A stretch of 64,000 bases of DNA from NCBI GenBank assembly GCA_963755715.1, contig CAVWLW010000009.1:1-64000 (forward strand). Reading direction: 5' to 3'. Below are positions 19,440-31,268 of the stretch, piece after piece. Numbering within the stretch: position 1 is the stretch's first letter; every line of letters starts with the position of its first letter. Below the pieces are notes generated by a model. The model was not told where the DNA came from, searched no databases, and was given only the letters and a program-made list of their open reading frames with translations. The translations under genes were made by a program, and so were the position numbers. Source of the DNA: an uncultured delta proteobacterium (lineage in GTDB: Bacteria; Desulfobacterota; Binatia; UBA9968).

Positions 19440-20532
19440 CTAGAGTCGATAAAACTCGACGGCGTTGTTTTGTAAGATTGCGTTCTTATCCTCCTCTGAC
19501 AGTTCATCGTTCTCGATCAATTCATCCAACTCTTTTCTACAGGTCGCGGCATTCACCTCATGCGGAAAATCTGTGGAATACATGAACGGCTCGGTTGCCG
19601 ACCATTTTAACTGCCGTCGCGATGAGCGGCTCGCCGCCTTCGCAGCCGATGAAGATTCTGCGCGCCTTCACATGCCGGATGATATAGTCGCTGATTTTTT
19701 CGCCGGGTTGGAGCTTTAGATATTGTCCGCGAAGATCGCGCATCACATGTGTATCGTAGGACCGGTCGAAGCGTTCGAGGCAAAACAGAAACCAAGCCAC
19801 GCCGCCTTCGAGGAAGCCGAATCTAATTTTCGGAAATCTTTCCAACACGCCGTTGAAAACGATCGACGCCAGCGAAATCATCTGGCCTAGGGGATGGCCG
19901 ATCGCATGCACAGCGGCGTAAGGATCAAGCCCGTCCATTCCCATATTGCCGTGAATGCCGCCGTGGATCGCCACGCAGCAGCTCAGCTCGTTCGCTGCCT
20001 CGTAAACTGGAAAGTACGTCGGCGTACCGAGCGGAGGCCCGTGCAGACTATTCGAAGGAATCACCGCACCGCACATGCCAAGCTTTGTCACCGCGCGGTG
20101 CAGTTCTTCTGCAGCGACCTGCGGATTCAACGCCGCTTGCGGCAACAACGCCAAGCCATGAAAACGCGGGCTGTGTTTCAAGTAAGTATCGTGCAACCAA
20201 TCGTTGTAGGCGCGCGTCGCATCGATGGCCCAATCGGGGTTGACGATATTCGATGACGCCACGCCCGCAGTCGGATAAAGCACCGTCGCTTCGACGCCAA
20301 CCTCGTCTAAAAAAGCCAGCCATTCCTTCGGCCCGACCTTGCGGTTGAAAGCACCGGTGGGCATGTCGACCAGGTGCGCCGCATGCAAATGATCGAACGG
20401 CGGAAACGGATTGAACGGCTGCATGCGCGCTTTTTCGCGATAGGCTTCCGGCATATGCGCGATGATCGCCTGCGCGTCTTCCGCGATGTGGCCGTCGGCA
20501 TCGATGATTCGCTTTGTAATATTCGATGTCAT
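19440..20532 (-). CDS. Amidohydrolase_2 family protein (frameshift ~19590)
   Basis: IDADGH, AYNDWL, FLEGGVAW; STDFPH...NAVEFYRL in shifted frame. Confidence 0.92.
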
Positions 20533-20662
20533 TACGAGACCTCCATGCTAAGCGTCAATTCTCGAATAGCAAATCTAGCAACCTTCGAGCAATACGATTC
20601 GGTTTGCCTTCCGCTCATACCGCATCGTATAGAACGAAACGGGTAGAGTCGGAGGTGTCTTC

Positions 20663-21595
20663 ATGAAAATCATGGTCGTCGGCAGCAGCGGATATATCGG
20701 CCGGCATGTTGTGAAAGGATTGGCCGCTCGAGGCGCGCAGGTCGTCGGCTTCGATTTAGTCCGCGCGAGTCGCGAGGCGAGCGCAACCGGTGTGCCGTCA
20801 ATCCAGGGAAACATGGCGAACCTTGAAGAAGTCATGGCCGCGATCGTCGATCACGGCATCGAGCGGATCGTCGCCCTCGGCTATTTCATGACGCCGCTGC
20901 TCGCGCCCGAATGCCGCGATCTTCTCAACGCCGCGCGCGTGAACATCATGGGCGTAACGAATCTCTTCGAGGCCGCACGGCTGGCGCGCCTCCAACGCGT
21001 CGTCTTCGCCAGCACGGTCGGAATCTTTGGCTACCAGGACGGCTACGGCGATGAATCGATCAATGAGAACACCGAGCCGCGCGCGCCGAAAAACCTTTAC
21101 GGTCTCATGAAGCTTCTCAACAATGGTATGGCCGAGCGTTACAGCAAAACATTCGGCATCCGGATCGTCAAGGTTCACTCAGCGGCGGTCATCGGTCCCG
21201 GCAACACCGCTTTCTCCCGCCGAATGATTCAAGATCCCGCGCTCGGCAAACCCGGCTTCGCCAACTGGCCGTCATCCGGACCGCGCAACATCGTCGGCGT
21301 CGCCGACATCGCCCAGCTCTACACAAAGCTGGCGCTCGCCGACGAGGTCAAACACGACACGTACATGGGCACCGGGCCGTCGCCCACGGGCAGAGAGATT
21401 GCGGACATCGTGAAAAAATATCTACCCAATGCGCAAATCACTTTCGACGAAAACGCCCGAGTGCCCGCCTGGAACTTCGACAATTCCCGGGCCGTCAACG
21501 AGTTCGACTGGAAGATTCAGTCGGTGGAAGAAATGGTGTTAGATGAGATCAATGGAACTAGAGAAGCGGCGGGATTGCCGGCGGCTCGGATCTAA
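20663..21595 (+). CDS. NAD-dependent epimerase/dehydratase
   Basis: GSSGYIG, FASTVGIFG, YGLMK. Confidence 0.92.
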   Translation: MKIMVVGSSGYIGRHVVKGLAARGAQVVGFDLVRASREASATGVPSIQGNMANLEEVMAAIVDHGIERIVALGYFMTPLLAPECRDLLNAARVNIMGVTNLFEAARLARLQRVVFASTVGIFGYQDGYGDESINENTEPRAPKNLYGLMKLLNNGMAERYSKTFGIRIVKVHSAAVIGPGNTAFSRRMIQDPALGKPGFANWPSSGPRNIVGVADIAQLYTKLALADEVKHDTYMGTGPSPTGREIADIVKKYLPNAQITFDENARVPAWNFDNSRAVNEFDWKIQSVEEMVLDEINGTREAAGLPAARI

Positions 21596-21734
21596 ATTAC
21601 CTGTCCACCTCTTAGCCAGCGCACAATAGTTATACAAAGCTAACAACCCGCCGCCTAAGCCGAGACGACTAGACCCAAGACGCGAGACGACACCGTGTTT
21701 GCATTCACCCGAAGTTGAGATAAAAAAGTAGCCC

Positions 21735-22395
21735 ATGAATTGGCAAGACCCCGTTGACTTCGAGGCCGGCAACCACGGCAACAAACCCTTCTCGATTCGA
21801 ATCCCCGCTCTCGTCGTCACCCGGGGGAAAAACGACCGTTTGAATTTTCTCACCGCCATGTGGTTTACGCCGACCGGCGCCGAGCCGTCGCGCATGGTCG
21901 TGGCGATACAGAAAAGAACTCTGACTTATGATTATCTGCTCGAGCGCGGCGAGTTCGTCATGAGCGCTCCGACCGATAAAATGATGGACATCGTCGTTTT
22001 CGGCGGCTATGTTTCGGGCCGCGATGTTGATAAGTGGCAAGCCGCCGGACTAACGGCCGTGCGGCCATCGAAAATTTCCGTGCCGCTGATCGGCGAGGCC
22101 ATCGGCAACGTCGAATACAAAGTCGCGCGCCAGATTCCCTTTGACGACGGCATGGATCTGTTCGTCGGCGAAGTATTGGCGACGCATATCCGCAAGGGCG
22201 TCATGGACGGCGAACTTTACCGTGCGGATGCGAATCCGCTCCTCTACATGGGAACGAAATACGAACTCTGAAGGCAAATCCCAGGGCAAATACTACGCTC
22301 ACTTGAGCGGCATCGGACCGGCGAATTATGATTCGCCGCTGCTAAAGCAATACCTCTCTCAACCGAAAAAACGAGACTCTGGAAGGAAGGAATAA
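21735..22395 (+). CDS. Flavin reductase family protein (frameshift ~22268)
   Basis: SGRDVDKW, VPLIGEA, LFVGEV. Confidence 0.88.
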
Positions 22396-22401
22396 CTGGC
22401 T

Positions 22402-23567
22402 ATGATCGCCAATACGCGTTTCTTGCTGGCCGTGTTCGTCGTAGTACTGCTGCATTCTCAGCCGAATTTGTCCAACGCGGCTTCCGCTCCTTTGCCAAAG
22501 TCGACGGAGGAAATACTCAAGAAACTGAAGCTCGATGCCAGCACGTTCTGGCCAACATCGACAAGGAGCTAGAAGTACCCAAAGCGTGGCTCGACGGCGC
22601 GCGCAAAGAAGGCAAGCTGCGCATCTTCTCGACTTTCGACCCAGGGCAGATGGAAGTTCTCGCGCGGCCTTTCAAAGAACGCTATCCGTTCATCAATATC
22701 GAATACTCGCGCGCCAGCCACGAGGACCGCGCGGTGCGCACGCTGGTCGCCTACAAGAATAAAAAGATCGTCACCGACATCATCACCGGACTGGGTGGTA
22801 GCTATTTCATGTATAAGGAGATCGGCGCCCTCGATGATCTGCGCGCCATCCCGAATCTCAAGAATAATCCGCGCGAAACCGTCGACCCGGAAGGATTATG
22901 GGTCGGCATGCACATGCGCTACTGGTGCATGGCTTACAACACCAAGCAGTTCAAGAAAGAAGACATGCCCAAGCGCTGGGACGATATATTGACCAATCCG
23001 AAGTTTCGCAACGGCAATCTGGCGCTCGGCAATCGGCCGCAACTCTGGGCGCTTAGTTTATGGAAGGCCAACGGCGAAAAATGGGCGAAGGACTTCCTCG
23101 CCAAGCTGCTCAACGACGTCAAACCGCAACTGCGCCGCGAGGGGATGAACGCTATGCTGGAGCTCACCGCTGCCGGTGAATTCTACGCCAGCATACCTTC
23201 TGCGGAATACCGCACCTACCAAAAACAAATCGAGGGCGCGCCGGTCAGCTACCATTGTCCTGAGCCGGTACCGGTGGCGGTTTCCGAAATGGGGATTCTC
23301 AAAGGCGCGCCGAATATCAATGCCGCGCGAGTATTCGTCAACTGGTTCCTCAGCAAAGAAGGGCAAATCGCTCAATACGTCGCCGACTACGCACCGCCGG
23401 TGCACAAAGAATTGCAGCGCCGGGAGTTTGTTCCCTTCGCCGACGAAATCCTGGGGAAGAAAGACGCCTTCCGAGATCCCGCCATCGAGGTCGAAATTCA
23501 GCCGAAGCTTTTGGCCTATTGGGACGAGCTTTGGCTCAAGAGCGGCGGCAGACGGCGAGGACGATGA
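22402..23567 (+). CDS. ABC extracellular solute-binding protein, AfuA/FbpA-like (frameshift ~22545)
   Basis: Signal peptide; GARKEGKL, AYNTK, PKRWDDI, APNINAARVFVNWFLSKEGQ. Confidence 0.9.
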
Positions 23568-23682
23568 GAAAGGGATAAAGGCGAAAGGATGAAGGATAAA
23601 TTCGGATGCCGTTGCGGCGTTCGTCGCTCTGATAATTTCCTTTTCATCTTTTTTATCCTTTATCCCTTATCCTTTATCCTTT
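23565..23682. repeat. Intergenic hairpin of tandem 7-mers (AAGGATA / TTATCCT)
   Basis: GGGATAAAGGCGAAAGGATGAAGGATAAA...TTTATCCTTTATCCCTTATCCTTTATCCTT. Confidence 0.8.
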
Positions 23683-23687
23683 AGTCT

Positions 23688-25406
23688 ATGTTTTCGCTCC
23701 GCCCCACTCTCTGGCACCACGGAATTTTTTTTCTGGTCTTGGGCCTGGTCAGCCTGCCGCTCGGTTTTCTTATCTTGGGAAGCTTCAGCACCGCCAGATT
23801 GCCGGGCGATTTTTCTCTCGACACGATGGGCCTGGTGAACTACATCAAAGTTTACACCGACCCGGGCACCTACGAGCTTTTTACCAACACCTGCATTTAC
23901 GTCGGCGGCAGCGTTCTGCTCGGCATCAGCATGGCCGTGACTCTCGCATGGCTCGTCGAACGCACCAACATGCCGGGAAAAATTTGGATTTACGCGGGCG
24001 TGCCGATGACCCTCGCCGTGCCGGGCATGCTGCAAGCAATGGCATGGGTGATTCTCTTGAGCCCGCGCATCGGCTTTATTAACAAATCGCTACAAGGTCT
24101 TTTTGATCTGTCCGAACCGCCCATCGATATTTACTCGCTTGGCGGCATGGTTTTTCTCGAAGGGTTGCGTCTTGTGCCCACGGCGTTCTTGATGCTGGTG
24201 CCGCTGATGCGCGGCATGGACCCGTCGTTGGAAGAAGCCGCGGCGGTGTCGGGAGCGCGACCGTTTTCGACCCTGCGCAAGGTCACGCTGCGACTGCTCG
24301 CGCCCGGATTGGTCGCCGTGATGATCTATCAAGCGATGACGGCGCTGGAAGTTTTCGAGATCCCGGGAATCTTGGGTCTTCCCGCCGGCATCCACGTTTT
24401 CAGCACAAAAATCTATGCGATCGTGCGCAGCGCCACGTTTCTACCCGTGTACGGTCAAGCGAATGCCTTGGCGATGGTCTACCTGTTCATCGCCGTCATC
24501 ACGACTTTCTTTTACACGCGGCTTATCAGCCGTGGGGAACGTTTTACGATCATCACCGGCAAAGCGTATCGACCGCGCCAAATCGATTTGGGTCAGTGGC
24601 GCTTTCTGGCCCTCGGTTTCGTCATGCTCTATTTGTTTCTCGCCATCGTGCTGCCGTTCTTGGCCTTCACCTACGCGTCGTTTCTCGCCTTCTTGCAGCC
24701 GCCGTCGTTGGCGGCATTCAAAGGTTTCACGCTGAAGAACTATCGGTTCTTGGCCCAGTACGGTGAAGTCGCTTCGGCCTTGAAAAACACCGTCGTCATG
24801 GTCGTGGTCACGGCGACGATGACGGTCGCGCTGTCTTTTTTCGTTTCGCTGGTGATCGTGCGCAGCAAATTCTGGGGGCGGAAACTGCTCGATCAACTGG
24901 CCTTCATGCCGCACGCGATTCCCGGCATCGTGCTCGGCATCGCTTTTTTCTGGGTCTTTTTGAAAATCGACTTCCTGCCGATTTACGGCACGGTCTGGGC
25001 GATATCGATCGGCTTCACCGTTAGTTTTCTCTCCTACGGCACTCGTTCGATGAGCGCGTCGCTCTTGCAGGTGCACAAAGAGCTGGAAGAAGCCGCCTAT
25101 GTCAGCGGCGCTCGCCCTTGGCGCACGATGCGGCGCGTTTTTCTGCCGTTGATGATGCCGACCCTTGTCGGCATCTGGATCTGGGTGGTATTGCACGCCG
25201 TGCGCATCGCTGGACTGCCGCTGATTCTTTACGAAGGACAACAGAATCAAGTGTTGTCGATTCTGATTTGGAATATGTGGGACGAAGGCTATGTCCCGGC
25301 GGTCGCGGCCATCGGCACGCTCTTGATGTCGACGCTGTTGCTTTTAACCTTGCTGGTTCGCTACGTTGGTTTCCGCCGTCAATGGATCCAGCCGCCAGCG
25401 GTATGA
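23688..25406 (+). CDS. ABC permease, FbpB-like with two fused domains
   Basis: Two EAA motifs (LEEAAAVSGA, LEEAAYVSGA). Confidence 0.95.
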   Translation: MFSLRPTLWHHGIFFLVLGLVSLPLGFLILGSFSTARLPGDFSLDTMGLVNYIKVYTDPGTYELFTNTCIYVGGSVLLGISMAVTLAWLVERTNMPGKIWIYAGVPMTLAVPGMLQAMAWVILLSPRIGFINKSLQGLFDLSEPPIDIYSLGGMVFLEGLRLVPTAFLMLVPLMRGMDPSLEEAAAVSGARPFSTLRKVTLRLLAPGLVAVMIYQAMTALEVFEIPGILGLPAGIHVFSTKIYAIVRSATFLPVYGQANALAMVYLFIAVITTFFYTRLISRGERFTIITGKAYRPRQIDLGQWRFLALGFVMLYLFLAIVLPFLAFTYASFLAFLQPPSLAAFKGFTLKNYRFLAQYGEVASALKNTVVMVVVTATMTVALSFFVSLVIVRSKFWGRKLLDQLAFMPHAIPGIVLGIAFFWVFLKIDFLPIYGTVWAISIGFTVSFLSYGTRSMSASLLQVHKELEEAAYVSGARPWRTMRRVFLPLMMPTLVGIWIWVVLHAVRIAGLPLILYEGQQNQVLSILIWNMWDEGYVPAVAAIGTLLMSTLLLLTLLVRYVGFRRQWIQPPAV

Positions 25407-26515
25407 TTCGCATAAAGAACTTGCATGTGTTTTACCAAACCGAGCGCGGCCCGGTGCACGCCGTGCGTGGCATCGATGTCGACATTCAGCAGGGCCAGTT
25501 TTTTACCCTGCTCGGCCCGAGCGGCTGCGGCAAAACCACGACCTTGCGCTCGGTCGCGGGCTTAGAGACGCCGGAACAAGGACAAATTTTCGTCGGCGAC
25601 GATCTGGTCTTTTCTTCGACCGAGAAAACTTTCGTGCCGCCCTATGATCGAGACATCGGCATGGTGTTTCAGTCCTACGCGATTTGGCCGCACTTGAATG
25701 TCTTCGAGAACGTGGCGTTTCCCCTGCGCGAGATGAGACATAAGTTCTCGCGCCAGCAAATACGCGATAAGGTCGCGCACGCTTTGGCGCTCGTCCAACT
25801 CGAAGGCTTGGCCGATCGCCCGGCGCCTTTCCTGAGCGGCGGGCAGCAGCAGCGTCTCGCCCTGGCGCGGGCGATCGTCAAAGAACCGCGCGTCTTGCTG
25901 CTCGACGAGCCGCTCAGCAACTTGGATGCAAAGCTGCGCGAGGAAACCCGCTTCGAGCTGCGCGAACTGGTCAAGCGGCTGGGCATCACGACTCTTTACG
26001 TCACCCACGATCAGTTGGAAGCGTTGACCATGTCCGATACCGTCGCGATCATGGATCAGGGCCGGATCGTTCAACAGGGCACGCCCGTGGAAATCTACCA
26101 GGCGCCGCGAGAAAAGTTTGTTGCCAATTTCATCGGCCTGACCAATTTTCTTGAGGGCCAGGTTGACAGCGCCGTGGCCGGTGTCGCCGGCATCGGCGCA
26201 GTGATGACGGCGAGCGGCAAATTGCATTGCGTGCTGCCGGACGGTATGGCTCCCGGCGAGAAGGTCATCGTCGTCATTCGGCCGGAGGATATCAATATCG
26301 TCGCCGAGGCCATACCCGCGGCAGGTAACGTCTTGCAGGGCAAAGTCGATGCGCTGATATTCATGGGCGACGCCTTGGAATGCCAGTTGTCCGTCGGCGC
26401 GCAAAAGATCCGCACCAAACTCCATCCGGCTTCGCCCGTTCGACAAGGGCAAACAGTGCTGCTGCAGTTGCCGGCTGAGAGTTGCCGCGCGCTGCGGAGC
26501 TCTGAAAAAGTATAG
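25403..26515 (+). CDS. ABC ATP-binding protein (PotA/FbpC-like, TOBE)
   Basis: GPSGCGKT, LSGGQQQR, LLLDEPLSNLD; ATGA overlap with permease stop. Confidence 0.96.
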   Translation: MIRIKNLHVFYQTERGPVHAVRGIDVDIQQGQFFTLLGPSGCGKTTTLRSVAGLETPEQGQIFVGDDLVFSSTEKTFVPPYDRDIGMVFQSYAIWPHLNVFENVAFPLREMRHKFSRQQIRDKVAHALALVQLEGLADRPAPFLSGGQQQRLALARAIVKEPRVLLLDEPLSNLDAKLREETRFELRELVKRLGITTLYVTHDQLEALTMSDTVAIMDQGRIVQQGTPVEIYQAPREKFVANFIGLTNFLEGQVDSAVAGVAGIGAVMTASGKLHCVLPDGMAPGEKVIVVIRPEDINIVAEAIPAAGNVLQGKVDALIFMGDALECQLSVGAQKIRTKLHPASPVRQGQTVLLQLPAESCRALRSSEKV

Positions 26516-26534
26516 CCGTGAAGGAGCAAATCCA

Positions 26535-27521
26535 TTGACCGCGAGAAAAATCGCCATCGCATGTGTCCCATTAGTCTTATTCGTCCTATTCTGCTCGCCG
26601 GTGGCGCATAGCCAGGAGCGCGAAAAGCTTCGCGTTAGCACGCTTTTCATTGGCTCGTCGCTCGTGCCCCTCTGGATCGCTCAGGAGCAGGGAATTTTCG
26701 CGCGCAACGGCGTCGATGTGGAATTGATCTGGATGCAGTCGACGCTTTCGACCACGGCGTTGCTCGCCGGTGAAGTCGACGTCATCTACGGCACGCCGCA
26801 GTCGATCTTATCGGTTTTGACCTCGAAAAATCCGCCGCCGCTGGTCACGATCGCCGCGTGGGGTTCCGCTTCGGAGCACTGGTTGGTGGTCAATCCCGCG
26901 ATCAAATCGGCGAAAGATCTCGAAGGAAAAGCCATCGGCATGAGCCGGCCGCGCTCGGCGGATCACGGCTATACGCTGGTCATTCTCGAACGGTTGGGCA
27001 TCGACCCGCGCAAGGTGACGTTTCTCTCCACGGGCGGCCAAGCCAGCCGCGCGACGGCGGTGGAAGCGGGCACGACCGTGGGCAGCTCGTTCAATCGCTA
27101 TTACATGCTGCAACTCAAGCGCAAAGGGTTTCGCGACTTGGCGCGGTTGGAACGACCCGACTATCCTTTCCCGCCGTCGATCTTTGTCGTCAGGAAAGAC
27201 ACGCTGCAGAGCAAACGCAAAGGGCTCAAATCGATGTTGCTCGCCATGATGGAAGCGAGCGAGCGGCAAAAAACCAACAAAGAGCTTTCCCTGCAGCTCA
27301 TCCGAAAAAATCTGCGTTTACAAAATCCCGAGGTTGTCGAGGCGGCGTACGAAGACGGCGTGACGATCAGTTATCCCTACTTCACCGAACAGCAGTTTCA
27401 GATATCGCTCGAATTACTTGGCAAGAGCATGGGGCAATCGGTGTCATTGAATTACAAGCAAGTCGTTGATCACAGCTTGCTCGACGAAATCGGACGCCCG
27501 GGTATGAACCGACCGGGGTAA
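26535..27521 (+). CDS. NMT1/SsuA-type ABC substrate-binding protein
   Basis: PLWIAQEQGIFARNGVDVEL, IKSAKDLEGK. Confidence 0.92.
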   Translation: MTARKIAIACVPLVLFVLFCSPVAHSQEREKLRVSTLFIGSSLVPLWIAQEQGIFARNGVDVELIWMQSTLSTTALLAGEVDVIYGTPQSILSVLTSKNPPPLVTIAAWGSASEHWLVVNPAIKSAKDLEGKAIGMSRPRSADHGYTLVILERLGIDPRKVTFLSTGGQASRATAVEAGTTVGSSFNRYYMLQLKRKGFRDLARLERPDYPFPPSIFVVRKDTLQSKRKGLKSMLLAMMEASERQKTNKELSLQLIRKNLRLQNPEVVEAAYEDGVTISYPYFTEQQFQISLELLGKSMGQSVSLNYKQVVDHSLLDEIGRPGMNRPG

Positions 27522-27593
27522 AATTTTGGAATGGCTGGTTGAATGCCCGTGAACATTGGTCGTGGTTCAATTTTGAATTCGATATCAGGTCCC

Positions 27594-27620
27594 GTAGGGG
27601 CGGACCTATGTGTCCGCCCT
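27594..27620 (+). repeat. GTAG-family REP
   Basis: GTAGGGGCGGAC-CTATGT-GTCCGCCC. Confidence 0.75.
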
Positions 27621-27726
27621 AGCGAAATAGAACATCACCTACGGACGTTCCGCCAATTGACAGCGCTCTTGCCGCTGAATAAAGTCCAGAGAATAATCAG
27701 CCGATCGATTGACGGAGACTTGTTGC

Positions 27727-28822
27727 ATGGATCGTAGATGGAAAATCCTTTTACTCGCTTTTTTCTTCGTGAGCGCCTTAGGACGCACGAGTTTCGCCGC
27801 CGTCGCCGCGTCGCCAGAAGAGATCTGGCGATCTCTCGAAAAACTCACTCCCTCCGAGCGAGATAAGAAGCTCATCGAAGGCGCCAAAAAAGAAGGCGAG
27901 ATGGTCTGGTACACCAACTCCGGGATCGAAAATGCGACCCGTTACATCCAGGCCTTCAGGAAAAACTTTCCCTTCATCAACGCCCAGGTGTGGCGCGCCA
28001 AGACGCGCCAGGTCACGCAACGCGCCATCTCCGAGGCGAATGCCGGCAAGTATCTGGTCGATGTCATCAAACCCTCGACCGATCTTCTGCCGCCGATGCT
28101 CGAAAAGAATCTGCTCGGCAAGTACGAAACGCCCATCCGTGCGATCTATCCGGCCCACGCAAAATCGGTCTATTATACCAGCATGAACTATGCGTTCCGC
28201 GTTTTTGGCTTCAACCCGCGCAAGATCAACCGCAAGGACGCGCCGAAAACCTGGGAAGAATTGCTGCAACCCAAATGGAAAGGTGAGATTCTCTTCGACG
28301 AATCCTCCCTCGAAGAAGTCATGGCCTTGCTCGGGGCCTGGGGCAAGGAAAAGACCGTGAATTACGCGACCAAGCTCAGCCAGCAGCAGCTCTTGATCCG
28401 CGTCGGCCGCGATACGACCACGCAGATGATGATGGCCGGCGAAGCGCCGTTGGCCGTGACGACCTACGCGTACAACAATGAAGGCTTGCGCGCGCAAAAC
28501 GCGCCCGTCGATTGGATCGCCGAAGATCTGATTCCGGTGCTGCTGTATCCGCTGACGATGGCGCGCAACGCGCCCCATCCGTACGCCGCCGCGCTGTTCT
28601 ACGATTTTCTGCTCTCCGAAGAAGGCCAGCGGCTGATCGCCAAAGAAGGCCGCGTCGTCGGCCATCCCGAAGGTCGAGCCGATCTATCCGCGCATGAAGG
28701 AGTTGCAGAATTTTCTCGGCACGCCGCGCGTCCAGTTGAATACGCTGGAGCAAAATTACAAGCTTCTCAAAGACGGCATTCAAATCCTCGACGAGATCAT
28801 CTTGAAGCGAAAATCGTCGTAG
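27727..28822 (+). CDS. ABC extracellular solute-binding protein (frameshift ~28670)
   Basis: EGAKKEGEMVWY, PKTWEELLQPKWKG, APHPYAAALFYDFLLSEEGQ; stop TAG at 28820-28822. Confidence 0.9.
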
Positions 28823-28860
28823 CGAACGGTCGCGACCGTTTCGATAAGAGGAATTTGCGA

Positions 28861-29768
28861 ATGGAGGACAAAATGTTTGGCGCCGAAACCCTTGACCACG
28901 TGGCTTTTCCGGTGCGCGATCTGCCGCGCTCGGAGAAATTTTATATCGACACCGTCGGCCTGACGTTTCTCACCCAGCGCAAGAACGCCGACGGATCGCC
29001 GCGCCACACCTACGTCAAAGCCGGCGAAAATATCATCGGCTTAAATCTGCCCGGTATTCAGGCCGATCCTTCCCCCAGCGGCGCGCCGCGTTACGCGGTG
29101 GCTGTGGGCTCCGAGGAAATGTTCGACGCGACGGTCGATAGAATCAAACAGTCCGGCGTCAGCCTGCGGCGACGTGCGCGAGCATGGCAGCGACTCGCCG
29201 TTTATTCGGTCGTTTCGCTTCACTGACTTCGATAACAATCATTTCGAGATCTGCATGAACCGCGAGTCTTTAGGCGACATCAGTTTGAGCCATGTCGTGT
29301 TCGAGACCAAGGATTTAGCAAAAGCGAAACAGTTTTATGCTGAAGCCCTCGGCCTGAAATTCGTCGGCGAGTCCGGATAACGAGCACTTCTTCGAATTTC
29401 CCAATCATCAGCTTTTAGCCGTCAAGCAAGTCGACGCGCTTTCCGATCGGACGAAACGGCATGGCCGGGCCGTTCACGTCGCGTTTAACGTCAGTCAGGA
29501 AGATTTCGACCGCATGCTCGAGCTAATTCCCGCCTGCGGCGGCGCCAATCAGGGCGACTTTCGCTCTGAGGACGGTCTGCGCGCGCCCGGAGAACGCAGC
29601 ATTTATTTTTCCGACCCGGATACTAACAAGCTGCAGATCACCGCCCTCGGCAAAGAGAACTGGTCGCTCATTTCCGACGAAGAGAAGTGGAAACGCACGG
29701 AAGAGAACCGAGAAAAACTCGGCAGAGGACTGTCGCGCTTCGACCGCGGCATCAAACCCAATCAATAA
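28861..29768 (+). CDS. Two-domain VOC/glyoxalase family protein (frameshifts ~29170, ~29378)
   Basis: LDHVAFPVRDL, FTDFDNNHFEI, LSHVVFETKD, YFSDPDTNKLQI. Confidence 0.85.
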
Positions 29769-29777
29769 GGATCAAAC

Positions 29778-30968
29778 GTGGCGCTCGAAAAACCGATCAT
29801 TCCGACTTTTTCACTTGAAGAACGCGACCGCCGCTGGAATCTGTTGCGCCAGGAAATGCGCACCGCGGATCTGCACGCGCTCATCAGTTTGCCCAATGAA
29901 GGGCATTGGGATCAGTTCGGCGCCGATACGCGCTACATGACGCAGATCGGCGGCACACAGACCGAAGTCGGCGCGGTGCTGCCAGTCGAAGGCGAAGTTA
30001 CCGCAATCGTGCGCGGCGCCAATGAAATCGAATGGTGGGGCTTGGCACAAGATTGGGTCAAAGACATCCGCCCGTCGCGCCGCTCTTACGGCGAGCCGGT
30101 CATCGAGCGCCTCAAGGAAATCCGCGCCGAGCGCGTCGGAGTCATCGGCCTCGCCGGCCTCGTGCGCGCGCCCGAGGGAATCGTGCCTTGGGGAACCTTT
30201 GAAAAGATCCGCGCGGCGCTTCCCACCGTCAAGTTTGAAAATGCCACCGATCTCATGCAACAGGTTCGCTCGGTGAAAAGCGCTGAAGAGGTCGCCTTTA
30301 TCGAGAAAGCCGCTGAGATCATCGGCAAAGCGATCGACGTGCTGATCGAGCATGTCAAAGTCGGCGTGCGCGAAAATGAACTCATCGCCGAGATGTTGCG
30401 CGAGATCGTCTACCAGGGCGGCGAGCCGATCACCATGATGCTCTTCGGCACCGGCGGACCGGAAGTCCCCTGGGCGCAGCGCGTCTTTACAACGCGCGAG
30501 TTAAAGGCCGGCGATTTGATCAACACCGAAGTGGAAGGAAAATACGCCGGCTACATCGCCCAAGCGTTGCAACCGATCTCTCTCGGACCTAAACCCCAAC
30601 AGTTGGAAAAAATTTTTGCCGCGACGAAAATCATCTTCGACAGGATGCTCAAGATCCTAAAGCCAGGCGTCACCTTTGGTGAGGTCGTCCAGTTTTACCA
30701 AGATGAAGTCCAAGCCGCCGGTTACGAGCCCGACGGCGCGCTCATGCACGGCCGCGGCCTCGGCGAGGACGCGCCGATGCTCTGGGGCGCGCGCCGCGAT
30801 TTTCCCGAAAAAGAAGCCAAGCTCAAAGAAGGTCATGTCTTCATCTTGAAGCCGGCTTGCAAGGAAGGCTTCATGCGCGACTCGATCCGCGCCGGCGATA
30901 CCGTTGCGATCGAAGCCAATGGCGCGAGAAGGTTGGGAAAACGAGAGCTCACCTTCGTTAGTGTCTAA
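29778..30968 (+). CDS. M24/creatinase-fold protein with non-canonical active site
   Basis: ERDRRW N-domain, RSVKSAEEV, GDLINTEVE, MHGRGLG, ILKP, RAGDTV. Confidence 0.9.
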   Translation: MALEKPIIPTFSLEERDRRWNLLRQEMRTADLHALISLPNEGHWDQFGADTRYMTQIGGTQTEVGAVLPVEGEVTAIVRGANEIEWWGLAQDWVKDIRPSRRSYGEPVIERLKEIRAERVGVIGLAGLVRAPEGIVPWGTFEKIRAALPTVKFENATDLMQQVRSVKSAEEVAFIEKAAEIIGKAIDVLIEHVKVGVRENELIAEMLREIVYQGGEPITMMLFGTGGPEVPWAQRVFTTRELKAGDLINTEVEGKYAGYIAQALQPISLGPKPQQLEKIFAATKIIFDRMLKILKPGVTFGEVVQFYQDEVQAAGYEPDGALMHGRGLGEDAPMLWGARRDFPEKEAKLKEGHVFILKPACKEGFMRDSIRAGDTVAIEANGARRLGKRELTFVSV

Positions 30969-31268
30969 CCTCTCGTGTGCGTCGAAGCATCAGCGCGGAT
31001 CGAACTTCGCCGAGGATCTGAGTGAATTTCATCTTGCAAAAAGATTTCTGATTCACCGCGGTCCCGCGCAATGAGACGCGTTTTTCTCATGACGGTTGTC
31101 ATTTCGACCACAGGGAGAAATCCTTCTTCGCCTTTAGTCCCCCGTTTCTCCGATAACCCTCAACACTTCATGACTTCACTACCCCATTATTTCGACTCTC
31201 TCCCATCTTGTCACCCATTAAGCGTCGTATTATAGAATTGGCTAAGATTCTCTCAACGGAGGTTTCCC

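Noticed and set aside
25118-25402. N-terminal extension of the ABC ATPase
   Set aside because: Overlaps the permease in another frame; true start is ATG 25403.
27709-29226. 505-aa SBP-VOC fusion
   Set aside because: Created by a frameshift near 28670; the SBP has its own stop at 28822 and the VOC its own RBS and ATG at 28861.
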